Assembly: GCA_017381935.1 (NCBI GenBank)
Contig: JAFOBG010000049.1
Coordinates: 21,453-85,452 of the forward strand
DNA from: Alistipes sp.
Lineage (GTDB): Bacteria > Bacteroidota > Bacteroidia > Bacteroidales > Rikenellaceae
Direction: 5' to 3'
DNA: 64,000 bases
In this document: positions 55,933 to 64,000 of the stretch, piece after piece
Position numbering within the stretch: the stretch's first letter is position 1
Layout: each line of letters opens with the position of its first letter
The notes under the pieces: generated by a model
What the model saw: only the letters and a program-made list of their open reading frames with translations
Told to the model about the DNA's origin: nothing
Databases searched by the model: none
Position numbers and translations under genes: made by a program

Positions 55933-56006
55933 GGACCCATAGCTCAGTCGGTTAGAGCAGCGGACTCATAATCCGAAGGTCGTGGGATCATGCCCCTCTG
56001 GGTCCA
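55933..56006 (+). tRNA. tRNA with anticodon CAT (elongator Met or lysidine-modified Ile2), no encoded CCA
   Basis: The manual cloverleaf has acceptor GGACCCA/TGGGTCC, D-arm GCTC-AGTCGGTTA-GAGC and an anticodon arm with loop CTCATAA. The T-arm is GTGGG-ATCATGC-CCCTC. G1:C72 argues against an initiator. Confidence 0.8.
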
Positions 56007-56010
56007 CAAA

Positions 56011-56042
56011 AGACTTCGCCATTTTAGCGAGGTCTTTTTTTA
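56011..56042 (+). terminator. Hairpin plus T-tract terminator after the tRNA
   Basis: The stem agacttcgc / gcgaggtct has one G·T pair. It is followed by ttttttt. Confidence 0.6.
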
Positions 56043-56075
56043 TTGGTCTATATAGGCAAGTAACAAATAATTTTG

Positions 56076-56083
56076 TAACTTTG
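56076..56083 (+). promoter_or_regulatory. -7 box TAacTTTG only 5 nt upstream of the ATG, which implies a leaderless or near-leaderless mRNA
   Basis: The read is gTAACTTTGcgacaATG. Confidence 0.4.
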
Positions 56084-56088
56084 CGACA

Positions 56089-57276
56089 ATGAAGTACGAT
56101 TTTGACCAGATTATTGACCGTCGCGGTTCGGGAGCTATCAAGTGCGACGGTCTTGAGCAGTGGTATGGCAATAGCGAGCTGCTGCCTATGTGGGTTGCTG
56201 ATATGGACTTTGCAACGCCCGACTTTATTGTCGATGCTATCAAGGCAAGACTTGAGCACCCTATTTTTGGATATACATTAGAGCCTGAGCGTTATCGCAA
56301 GGCTATTATCAATTGGGTACGCTCTCGCCACAATTGGGAGATTAAACCAGAGTGGATTTGTTACATTCCAGGCATTGTCAAGGGTATTGCCATGGCTATA
56401 AATGCACTTCTGAAACCTGGGGATAAGATCATAATCCAGCCGCCTGTATATCATCCATTCCGCAATGTAGCCATGCACAACGGTTTTGAGGTGGTCGAAA
56501 ACCCTCTACACCGCACAGAAAGTGGTAGCTACGAGATTGACTTCGAGAATCTTGAGGCAGTTGCTGACAGCCATTGCAAGATGTTAATTCTTGCCAACCC
56601 TCACAACCCTGTAGGTATTCTATGGAGCCGTAAGACGCTTATCCGTCTTGCTGAGTTCTGCCACAGTAGAGGTATAATCGTAATCTCAGACGAGATACAC
56701 TCAGACATGGCTCTATGGGGCAAAGCCCACACTCCGTTTGCATCTGTATCAGAGATTGCGGCTCAATGCAGTATCACATTCGGAGCTCCATCAAAGACAT
56801 TCAACATTGCAGGCATAGTTGCCTCATATGCTATTGTCTCAAATTGTGAACTACGAGATAAATTCTTCGGTTGGATGAGTGGAAATGAACTCAACCAACC
56901 AGATATATTCGCACCTATAGCCACTATTGCAGCATTTGAGAATGGAGAGAGATGGAGAGAAGAGATGTTGCGTTATGTAGAGGGTAACATACTCTTTACA
57001 ATCGACTTCTGTAAGCAGTATATCCCACAAATAGTAGCTATTCGTCCTGAGGCCTCCTTCCTTGTTTGGCTTGATTGCAGAGGTCTTAATATATCGCACG
57101 ATAAAATTGTAGAGTTATTTACAGACAAAGCTGCTCTTGCTCTAAATGATGGAGCTATATTCGGCAAAGAGGGAGAGGGATTTATGCGTCTCAATGTAGG
57201 CACAACCCGTGCTATACTTTGTCAAGCTCTTGAGCAACTCAAGGCCGCTGTAGATGAGTTAGGGCGAGAATTATAA
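56089..57276 (+). CDS. patB: PLP-dependent C-S lyase / aminotransferase, MalY/PatB type
   Basis: The motifs are MKYDFDQIIDRRGSGAIKCD, WVADMDF and the PLP-Lys context GAPSKTFNIAG. Confidence 0.85.
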   Translation: MKYDFDQIIDRRGSGAIKCDGLEQWYGNSELLPMWVADMDFATPDFIVDAIKARLEHPIFGYTLEPERYRKAIINWVRSRHNWEIKPEWICYIPGIVKGIAMAINALLKPGDKIIIQPPVYHPFRNVAMHNGFEVVENPLHRTESGSYEIDFENLEAVADSHCKMLILANPHNPVGILWSRKTLIRLAEFCHSRGIIVISDEIHSDMALWGKAHTPFASVSEIAAQCSITFGAPSKTFNIAGIVASYAIVSNCELRDKFFGWMSGNELNQPDIFAPIATIAAFENGERWREEMLRYVEGNILFTIDFCKQYIPQIVAIRPEASFLVWLDCRGLNISHDKIVELFTDKAALALNDGAIFGKEGEGFMRLNVGTTRAILCQALEQLKAAVDELGREL

Positions 57277-57309
57277 AAATCTCGCCCTAATAAAATACTA
57301 ACTTTTGTA

Positions 57310-57744
57310 CTATCCACGGCCTGTACTTCCAAAGCCGCCCGCACCACGCTCGGTTGCTCCTAACTGCTCAACCTCATTCCACTCTATATGTGCATGCTGA
57401 GCAACTACAGCTTGAGCAATACGCTCTCCGGGCACTATCTCAAATGGAGTATTGGATAGATTGACAAGAATCACCTTTATCTCGCCACGATAATCTGCAT
57501 CTATAGTTCCAGGTGAATTAAGCACCGTAACACCATGCTTTGCAGCAAGGCCACTACGTGGACGTATCTGCATCTCATAGCCTTCAGGCAGCTCCACAAA
57601 GAGGCCTGTAGGGACAAGTGCTCTTTCAAGTGGATTAAGAACAATACTCTCAGTCATAGCAGCTCTCAAATCCATACCTGCTGAAAGAGGTGTTGCATAA
57701 GCGGGCAGATCAAATCCCGAATTGTTGATAATATTTACCTTCAT
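57310..57744 (-). CDS. dut: dUTP diphosphatase
   Basis: The motifs are [29 protein letters not shown] and the C-terminal GGFGSTG. The start is trimmed to the ATG at 57744 (MKVNIINN), because a -7 box overlaps the longer start. Confidence 0.9.
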   Translation of the reverse strand: MKVNIINNSGFDLPAYATPLSAGMDLRAAMTESIVLNPLERALVPTGLFVELPEGYEMQIRPRSGLAAKHGVTVLNSPGTIDADYRGEIKVILVNLSNTPFEIVPGERIAQAVVAQHAHIEWNEVEQLGATERGAGGFGSTGRG

Positions 57745-57761
57745 AGTACTCAATATTTTCA

Positions 57762-57769
57762 CAAATATA
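57762..57769 (-). promoter_or_regulatory. -7 box TAtaTTTG on the - strand, upstream of dut
   Basis: The + strand reads caaatata, 18 nt upstream of the ATG at 57744. Confidence 0.35.
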
Positions 57770-57801
57770 ACAATTATTTCACAAATTCTCTATAAAGAGG
57801 C

Positions 57802-60800
57802 TTAATCTTCAAGCCACTCCCCAAGCTCTTTATATATCTTCTCGCCTATAAATGCCATAGCCTGCTGATTTGGATGGCACTGCCCTGTATTTGTCTCACT
57901 ATAGTATAGTTTCGGCATATAAGTCTGGTCATTAAAACCATTTACGGCTCGCAAATCTACACATCTGCAATTTGTAAAGTGGTCTGCAATCTTATGTATA
58001 GCCAACTGCACACCAACACCTACATAGTCTCCGATAATACAGACAACCTTCACATCAGGATTACGGTCAATAATAAGTTTAATCAGCTTAATATAAGCCT
58101 GACAGAAGGTCTGATCATCTAGAGCTTCAATCTCTGCTCGTGTTGTTGCGGCATCAGCTGCGGCAAAGATAGGAGCCATCTGCGTATCAGTCGGGGCTGT
58201 TGTTGAACGGATACTCACATCATCAACAAGACTTACAGCTTTCTTATTCCAGTCATTTGTGCCGCCATGAATGAGTACTATATCGGCATCTCCTACTCCA
58301 TTTTGGTCCATAAATCGTCTTGCAAAGTATGTTTTTTCACTTGCAGAGGCATTTGTAACCCATGAACCTGAGTATGCTATATTACGTTCAAGACGGGCAT
58401 TTGCCATGTGCTTGTATATCAAATGATACCAATACATATCTGCCACAGAGAGGAATGTACCATCTGTTCGTGGATAGTATGTTGAGTATGAGTATGGAAT
58501 ATAACCTCTAAAGGTAGATATAGAGTCTCCGATAACACTCACCTTTTTAGGCTCTGCATTTATAGGTGTTGTATCTATAGGCAGATTAGCCGGAACAGGA
58601 TAACCATCTGTTCCCGTTGTCCAACTCACAGCTGCCGGCGTATTCTGCATAGGTACATAAGCAGCTGCAGCCTCATTTAGCTTTGCAAGCAGAGTTCCGT
58701 CTGTCATCTGAGTTAGAGTAACGACTGCAGAACGACTAACATCTATAGTTTTACCCGTTGTCCAACTACCATGCATAGGTAGCAAGTTAAGAGAGTAACA
58801 ATTGCTAAACGAACATGAGTTATAAGCATACCCAAAGAGCGTTCCATGACGAATTATTGTACCTGCAGTCTCCTTAACCTGCTCAAAACCAACGAGCAGA
58901 TTGTCTCGAGTTATATCTGTATAGCAGGCCTCAACATGAATATCGTCAATATTAGGGCACGCTACAAGGCCTGCTATAATCTCCTTAGTTGCAACACTCT
59001 TACTCACAGGTGCTCCATGAATCTCCTTTGGACGAGCTACGCAGTTTGCAATTACCACCGTATTATTATCTCCATGTAGCCAACCCGCAATACCTCCTAC
59101 AAGGTTATAGCCATAGCTATTTGCACCACGAGAGATAAGAGTACTACCCAAAACAGCGCAGTTTGTAATACCTGCATAAGCACCTTTTTGGGAATGACGC
59201 ACATATCCAACAATACCACCAACATTATACGCTCCCTCAACCTGACCATAGGCAGAGCAGTTATCAATTATGGCAACATCTGTCGCCGTAGCGGTATATA
59301 TTTGGCCTGCAATACCACCAGAATAGCCCTCATAGCTTGTAGCAATAGAGTTTTTAGTTGATAGACAATTATAAACCTTACCAGCCGTCATAGAGCCTAC
59401 AATAGCTCCTGCAATAGGATAACTTGTATTCACACGGCCCTCAAAACGACAACTCTCAATAAGGCTGTTATTGTCCACCATAATAGCGACGATACCTCCA
59501 CAATAGTTAGACACATTAGAGATTTCTGCTGTATTAAGGACACTACAACCCCGGATAGTTGCATTCTCAACTCGTGCAACAATACCTGCTGCATAACGGC
59601 CCATTGTTGCCACATCGCCACTCAAAGTACAGTTCTCAATAAGCGCTCCATCTATTGCATGTCCAACAAAACCTGCTGTATAGGCGACATTCGTCTCCTC
59701 TGCTGTATTATTGCCCTTAACATCATTCTCAACAAGACCATTCACTCTACAACTACTAAGGCAACCTGATGACATATAACCTACCAAACCTCCACTATAG
59801 AGGTTATAAAACTTTATCTTCCCTTCAAGTTGGCAGTCTGTAATCGTTGTATTTGTAGCATGCCCCACAAGTGCAGCCTGATACTTATCTGTACTACCAA
59901 TTACAAAATTTTTAACTGTAACACCCTTAAGTTCTGCCTCCGAAGTATAGCCAAACAGAGCACAAGGTCCAGAGCCATCTGCAGGCACTAACTCTACTCC
60001 CTCAATAGTATAGCCATTGCCATCATAGCTACCCTTAAATGCCAATTCACTCTTTTTAGATATTGGAGCCATTGAGACTCCGGTCATATCAATATCGCAG
60101 ATCTGGCGATAATGCTTATTAAGATAACGTTTTCCGGCTCCCGTCTCATTTATCAACTCGGAGAGTAGAGCCAAATCCTTACCCGTAGAGATAAGAAATG
60201 GAGACTCCTTACTTCCATCTCCTCCACCCCACGTACTAGACAGAGTCTGATAAGATGTTGCGTTAGAGAGGTCGATATTGACATCGTAGTATCTGTTACG
60301 CTCAACTGTTCGAGTATAGTTATATCTATAAATCGCCTTATTTGTCGTAATCGTCAACTCTCCCTCATAGCTACCTGGGGCAAGTACAAGATAGATGCTA
60401 TTTCCTTTTGGAGACTCTGTTACCAAATAAGGCGTAGCAACGCTCACTGCCACCATATTACTACTGCACTTACCCATTACAATCTCTCCACTCGCAGCGA
60501 CTGTTCTCATATCAAGGCTAAAATTACCGGCCATAGGTGTATCTTCATCACAATACTCGACCGACAGCACACTCTCCTTTGTCCTACTCTGAGAACTATA
60601 TACATTTATACGAAGAAATCCAGCCAAAGGACGCATATAGACTGTAGGGGTACTCTGAGAGATGTCTAAAGTTACAGCAGAACTCGCCATAGGCATATTC
60701 TCAACCGTAAAACAGCCTGCCTCACTCTGTTTCTGATGTACAGGCAGAGTAAGTGATAGTTCAGACAGACTATTCATATCATTATGCTCATCCCACGGAT

Positions 60801-61110
60801 AATAGACATACATTCTATCTCCCGCAGCATAGTATTTGGTTGTTGTCCAACACTTAGCCACCCCGTCTGTCAAGGTAAGGTTTGCATGGCTGTTCACAGT
60901 AGGCGTTGCTGAGTCGAGATAGACTCCCAAAGTCTCATCTCCCTCCCAAGCATATATATTCTCATCTGTAAACTCTATTCGGGTCTTACTATCAAAGTCG
61001 GCATAAAAGTCTATACGACTTCCACCGTCCACACTATCAACAGTATAGCTATCTGTACATGCACTTAGTATAGCAACAAGACTCAATAAAAGTAATAATT
61101 TCCTCTTCAT
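57802..61110 (-). CDS. Large lipoprotein (1102 aa): fimbrillin-like N-terminal domains, GLUG-motif repeats, C-terminal SGNH/GDSL hydrolase
   Basis: The lipobox is ILSAC. The N-terminus is fimbrillin-like (…TRIEFTDENIYAWEGDETLGVYL). The centre holds at least 7 repeats of (Y/V)xGG(I/L)(V/A)G (YSGGLVGY, YTAGFVGH, YAAGIVAR, YCGGIVAI, YSGGIAGQ, NVGGIVGY, LVGGIAGW). The C-terminus carries VSVIGDSIST (block I), LIHGGTNDW (block III) and CHPN (block V). Confidence 0.75.
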   Translation of the reverse strand: MKRKLLLLLSLVAILSACTDSYTVDSVDGGSRIDFYADFDSKTRIEFTDENIYAWEGDETLGVYLDSATPTVNSHANLTLTDGVAKCWTTTKYYAAGDRMYVYYPWDEHNDMNSLSELSLTLPVHQKQSEAGCFTVENMPMASSAVTLDISQSTPTVYMRPLAGFLRINVYSSQSRTKESVLSVEYCDEDTPMAGNFSLDMRTVAASGEIVMGKCSSNMVAVSVATPYLVTESPKGNSIYLVLAPGSYEGELTITTNKAIYRYNYTRTVERNRYYDVNIDLSNATSYQTLSSTWGGGDGSKESPFLISTGKDLALLSELINETGAGKRYLNKHYRQICDIDMTGVSMAPISKKSELAFKGSYDGNGYTIEGVELVPADGSGPCALFGYTSEAELKGVTVKNFVIGSTDKYQAALVGHATNTTITDCQLEGKIKFYNLYSGGLVGYMSSGCLSSCRVNGLVENDVKGNNTAEETNVAYTAGFVGHAIDGALIENCTLSGDVATMGRYAAGIVARVENATIRGCSVLNTAEISNVSNYCGGIVAIMVDNNSLIESCRFEGRVNTSYPIAGAIVGSMTAGKVYNCLSTKNSIATSYEGYSGGIAGQIYTATATDVAIIDNCSAYGQVEGAYNVGGIVGYVRHSQKGAYAGITNCAVLGSTLISRGANSYGYNLVGGIAGWLHGDNNTVVIANCVARPKEIHGAPVSKSVATKEIIAGLVACPNIDDIHVEACYTDITRDNLLVGFEQVKETAGTIIRHGTLFGYAYNSCSFSNCYSLNLLPMHGSWTTGKTIDVSRSAVVTLTQMTDGTLLAKLNEAAAAYVPMQNTPAAVSWTTGTDGYPVPANLPIDTTPINAEPKKVSVIGDSISTFRGYIPYSYSTYYPRTDGTFLSVADMYWYHLIYKHMANARLERNIAYSGSWVTNASASEKTYFARRFMDQNGVGDADIVLIHGGTNDWNKKAVSLVDDVSIRSTTAPTDTQMAPIFAAADAATTRAEIEALDDQTFCQAYIKLIKLIIDRNPDVKVVCIIGDYVGVGVQLAIHKIADHFTNCRCVDLRAVNGFNDQTYMPKLYYSETNTGQCHPNQQAMAFIGEKIYKELGEWLED

Positions 61111-61119
61111 AGAAATATA

Positions 61120-61251
61120 CTATAGTTCATCCGCCCCTCCATATTCCGGCTGCTCAAATCCTCCATTATCAGATATAGCAAATCCACGCTCTATCGGCAT
61201 ATCAAACGAATCAATCTCCGGCGCAATATAAGGTCTAATTTTTATACTCAT
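61120..61251 (-). CDS. Possible small ORF (43 aa), not in the supplied ORF track
   Basis: I translated it by hand as MSIKIRPYIAPEIDSFDMPIERGFAISDNGGFEQPEYGGADEL*. It fills an otherwise 169-nt gap, ending 9 nt from the downstream gene's start and beginning 28 nt from the upstream stop. There is no homology evidence. Confidence 0.3.
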   Translation of the reverse strand: MSIKIRPYIAPEIDSFDMPIERGFAISDNGGFEQPEYGGADEL

Positions 61252-61279
61252 ATCTATCTAATTTAACATTTGGTTATCT

Positions 61280-62335
61280 CTATTTGTATATAAGGTTATA
61301 AACTCTCTGCATAAATCTATCTGCAGTAATAAGGAGTTGACGAATAGTTCTTGAATACCGAGAACCACCCTTTCGCCACTTTTTAAGCAAATCTATCTTC
61401 AGCATACCATTTACCGGCACTGTAAGCTGACGAGGGGCAAGGCGAGTAAAAGTTTCTAACATCTCTACAAAGTTAGACTCTATAAACTGTCTATCGTCCA
61501 TCTCAAGCAGGCACTTTCTCAGTACACTCTCAATACGACGCATCACAACGCCACTCAAAAAGTTGTAGCGAGCCACAGAGAGTAGTTCCAAGTTATTGTC
61601 AAGATATTTAGCCATCTCAACAACCACCTTTTTGAGTTGCCCCACACTTCGCAACTGTACTGATAAATCCATCGTCTGACCCTCACGTGTAAGGTTATAG
61701 CGATAGAGTGCTATATCTGAGAAGGCTATCTTCTCAACCCTAAAGATAGGATAAAAACACCACTCTTGGTCGGTATAAGAGATACCTTCACTCTGTCTAT
61801 AGCCCATATTTTGCAACAAACTAGTACGATATGCCACAGAGTGCATCATAAAGAAACGTATTGCCCTATCCTTAAACACCTGCTCAGCCTCATAAGGCAC
61901 GCCCAAGCCATAGGCTTTGCCTGAGTAGAGGTTGTAGCTCACCTTATGCTCCCCACGGCGGTCTATCTCTATAAATGGAGCAACAACCATATCTGCTCCC
62001 GATATTTGAGAGAGATACTCCACAAATGGGGACAATGCGCTACTGTCAAATGTGTCATCAGCATCCAAAATCTTCACATATTCACCCTGAAGAGTTGGCA
62101 GAGCAGCGTTTATCGTTGAGCCATAGTTACCATTCTCTTTATCTATCACTCGCACACAATGCGGATATTGCTCTGCATAACGTTGAGCTACGGCAAGCGA
62201 CAAATCCTTACTCCCGTCATTAACCACGACCACATCCAACTCAGATGCTGCAGGCGAACTAACAAGTGAGTCAAGACATGAAGGGAGCAATTCCTCCATA
62301 TTGTAGGTCGGGATTATAATAGATAGGCGTTTCAT
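61280..62335 (-). CDS. Family 2 glycosyltransferase
   Basis: The motifs are LSIIIPTYNME, VVVVNDGSKD and ILDADD. Confidence 0.85.
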   Translation of the reverse strand: MKRLSIIIPTYNMEELLPSCLDSLVSSPAASELDVVVVNDGSKDLSLAVAQRYAEQYPHCVRVIDKENGNYGSTINAALPTLQGEYVKILDADDTFDSSALSPFVEYLSQISGADMVVAPFIEIDRRGEHKVSYNLYSGKAYGLGVPYEAEQVFKDRAIRFFMMHSVAYRTSLLQNMGYRQSEGISYTDQEWCFYPIFRVEKIAFSDIALYRYNLTREGQTMDLSVQLRSVGQLKKVVVEMAKYLDNNLELLSVARYNFLSGVVMRRIESVLRKCLLEMDDRQFIESNFVEMLETFTRLAPRQLTVPVNGMLKIDLLKKWRKGGSRYSRTIRQLLITADRFMQRVYNLIYK

Positions 62336-63171
62336 CGTGTTGTATCAAAGTCCAACTTATAAGGTGCATGATTTACCTGTTCCTCAACAGGTAGTACAGG
62401 TCTGAGGTTTGGATAGTGATGACGCAAATACTCCTCTACATTATCAGGAACAGGTATCTGCATTCCTCCAAACTCCATAAGTACCGGATTTTCAACATAG
62501 CAGCGACGTATCTGGTCCTTAGGCATACGCACTATATTGACAAACTGAGTATTCGCCTTATTATAACGACCCAGCACACGGCACATCTTATTATATATCG
62601 CCTTGCGAGACATAAGAGAGCACACTACCTTTATCGCCGCACAACCTATCCATGACTTCGGCAGTGCAGAGGATATTTCGCACTTTCCACAATGTTTCCA
62701 GAGCCAAATCTGCTTACCCATAAAGCAGTTAATCCAGAACTTAGCCGAGAAACGATGCAGTGTCTCAAGTGTTCTATTATCCGGAATACGGTCATACGGG
62801 AATATATCGACAAAGATGCCGTGATGTATATCCATATCCTTCCAAATCTGCTCTACAAACAGAGTATTATTCTTCTTTACCTTAGCAAAATAGAATGGTG
62901 TATTACTCTCTGTGCCAAACCACTCCAAAAAGTAACGAGAGTCCAACTCAGAGGGCGCAACCTCAAGGAAACGGTTATAGTTCTCTCGTGTCATGCCCAC
63001 ATCCACATCATCATCCCACGGCACTACACCCTTGTTATAAAAGGCGCCAATTGCGCTACCTCCTTGAATGAAGTATGGGATATTGTATTTTTTACACACT
63101 CGGTCTATCTCTGAAAGTATCTCATAGAGAACGGTGTGCAATTTTGCTAAATCCTCTGCGTTATATCTCAT
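62332..63171 (-). CDS. licD: LicD-family phosphotransferase (phosphocholine or related head-group transfer)
   Basis: The pattern is YFIQGGSAIGAFYNKGVVPWDDDVDVGM…GIFVDIFPYD. There are 4-nt overlaps with both neighbours. Confidence 0.75.
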   Translation of the reverse strand: MRYNAEDLAKLHTVLYEILSEIDRVCKKYNIPYFIQGGSAIGAFYNKGVVPWDDDVDVGMTRENYNRFLEVAPSELDSRYFLEWFGTESNTPFYFAKVKKNNTLFVEQIWKDMDIHHGIFVDIFPYDRIPDNRTLETLHRFSAKFWINCFMGKQIWLWKHCGKCEISSALPKSWIGCAAIKVVCSLMSRKAIYNKMCRVLGRYNKANTQFVNIVRMPKDQIRRCYVENPVLMEFGGMQIPVPDNVEEYLRHHYPNLRPVLPVEEQVNHAPYKLDFDTTR

Positions 63172-64000
63172 TGTACAAGCAAATTACATCCTCGAATATC
63201 TGCATCCGTTACACGTCCCTCAATTCTAAAGGTTCCATCATTATTTACAACGCCTAAGTCTTGAGTCGCTATAAAAGAGCAAGAGTACAGATTTCCCAAA
63301 TCTATTATATTTATTGCACCTCGGCGTGCAGTTCCAACTATCCTAAAGGGGTCATTTATATCTCTTACAAGGACTTTCATCCACGGTGGTGCTGCAAAAA
63401 GACCTTGACCAACAGAGTAACCCTGAGACAGAAGTTCTGCCATGCCATACTCTGAGTGTATTCTATCCACGCCAAAGGCCTGGCATAAAACACGGTGCAA
63501 TTCAGATTTTGGCATTTCTTTGCGATAACCCTTCATACCGCCCGTCTCCATAACAATAGTATTCTCCAACTTTGGACAATATTTCTCGGCCAAGTCTAAT
63601 AGTGCATAGGTTACACCAAGCAATATCTTCGGCTTACTATCGACAGCAATATCAGCAAGTAGTTGCTCGTAGTTATCCAGATAAAAACCACCACTACCGC
63701 ATCTTTTTATCAGTCTATCAACCATATAGACGAGAGATGAACCTTGACGTTGCAGATAATTTGGCAACAGACCATATACGCTCCACTGCTCTATATCACC
63801 ATAAAATAGGCGGAAAGAGTCTATAAAATCACGCTCATAGATAGCAAGGTCAGCCACTAGATGGCGAGATGGCGTCATGCCAGTCGTTGCACTTGAGGTA
63901 AAGACAATCTGAGGTTCTGTTGTTGCCGAATATACTTCATGGCTCTTAAAGAGCTCTATAGGCAAAAAGGGTATCTGCTCTATACTCTGCACCTTTTTAA
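63168..64000 (-). CDS. LuxE/PaaK-like adenylate-forming (acyl-protein synthetase-like) enzyme, 5'-truncated by the window edge
   Basis: The pattern is IPFLPIELFKSHEV…FTSSATTGMTPSRH…ETGGMKG. The frame stays open upstream of the track's GTG start to nt 64000. Confidence 0.55.
   Translation of the reverse strand, partial: KKVQSIEQIPFLPIELFKSHEVYSATTEPQIVFTSSATTGMTPSRHLVADLAIYERDFIDSFRLFYGDIEQWSVYGLLPNYLQRQGSSLVYMVDRLIKRCGSGGFYLDNYEQLLADIAVDSKPKILLGVTYALLDLAEKYCPKLENTIVMETGGMKGYRKEMPKSELHRVLCQAFGVDRIHSEYGMAELLSQGYSVGQGLFAAPPWMKVLVRDINDPFRIVGTARRGAINIIDLGNLYSCSFIATQDLGVVNNDGTFRIEGRVTDADIRGCNLLVQ

Noticed and set aside
55828-56088. Reading the tRNA gene as an integration hotspot or genomic-island boundary.
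   Set aside because: There is no integrase, no direct repeat of the tRNA 3' end and no phage or conjugative genes within reach on either side. The flanking genes look like ordinary chromosomal genes.
55966-56259. A 97-aa - strand ORF (and a 67-aa one) across the tRNA 3' end, the terminator and the patB-like start.
   Set aside because: It overlaps a tRNA gene and a promoter or terminator region, and part of its sequence simply translates the tRNA.
1-64000. A search for rRNA genes, transposases or IS elements, toxin-antitoxin pairs, restriction-modification systems or known anti-phage systems.
   Set aside because: I recognised no corresponding motifs in any of the long ORFs (DDE or serine/tyrosine recombinase, methyltransferase other than PrmC, PIN/HEPN and others). 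Absence is judged by eye only, so an HMM scan would be needed to be sure.

Overview
This is a Bacteroidales-type chromosomal segment. The evidence is lipoprotein and SpI signal peptides, BACON, Omp28-like and fimbrillin-like surface proteins, a Ser-type sulfatase, no obvious Shine-Dalgarno sequences, and recurrent TAnnTTTG -7 promoter boxes. I see about 52 real protein genes, one tRNA(CAT), several hairpin terminators, and no rRNA, CRISPR array, transposase or integrase. The window splits into four blocks. (A) 1-18428, + strand: a tightly packed operon of at least 14 genes, cut at the window start. It combines a Ser/Thr phospho-signalling core (PP2C phosphatase, Hanks kinase, four FHA domains in three membrane proteins) with envelope components: a periplasmic trypsin-like protease fused to two FHA domains, an exported vWA protein, a MacB/FtsX-type ABC pair, a putative outer-membrane (OM) beta-barrel, a lipoprotein with about 10 BACON repeats, and several exported proteins of unknown function. 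This is my best candidate for an undescribed system. (B) 18499-43541: mostly housekeeping genes (galM, two S1/P1 nucleases, deoD, ung, DPP-IV, cell-wall hydrolases, recX, prmC, aroC, aroA, lptB, recQ, trx-ferritin-desulfoferrodoxin, rnc, fabF, acpP, pepE, yraN, waaA). It also holds an odd pair of exported paralogs, one carrying a DnaJ-type zinc finger. (C) 43620-54066, - strand: a five-gene surface / thiol-redox cluster (TlpA-like oxidoreductase, OM barrel, lipoprotein with three CxxC thioredoxin-like modules, two very large lipoproteins). This is the second candidate system. (D) 54259-64000: sulfatase, tRNA, patB-like lyase, dut, a 1102-aa fimbrillin-like/GLUG/SGNH lipoprotein, and a glycan-decoration block (GT2, LicD, LuxE-like enzyme). 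All calls come from reading the translated ORFs and the DNA by eye. No database search was run, and family names are motif-based recognitions. Coordinates I read directly off the DNA may be off by 1 nt in places: around 34670-34800 my base count disagreed with the ORF track by 1, and there I followed the track.
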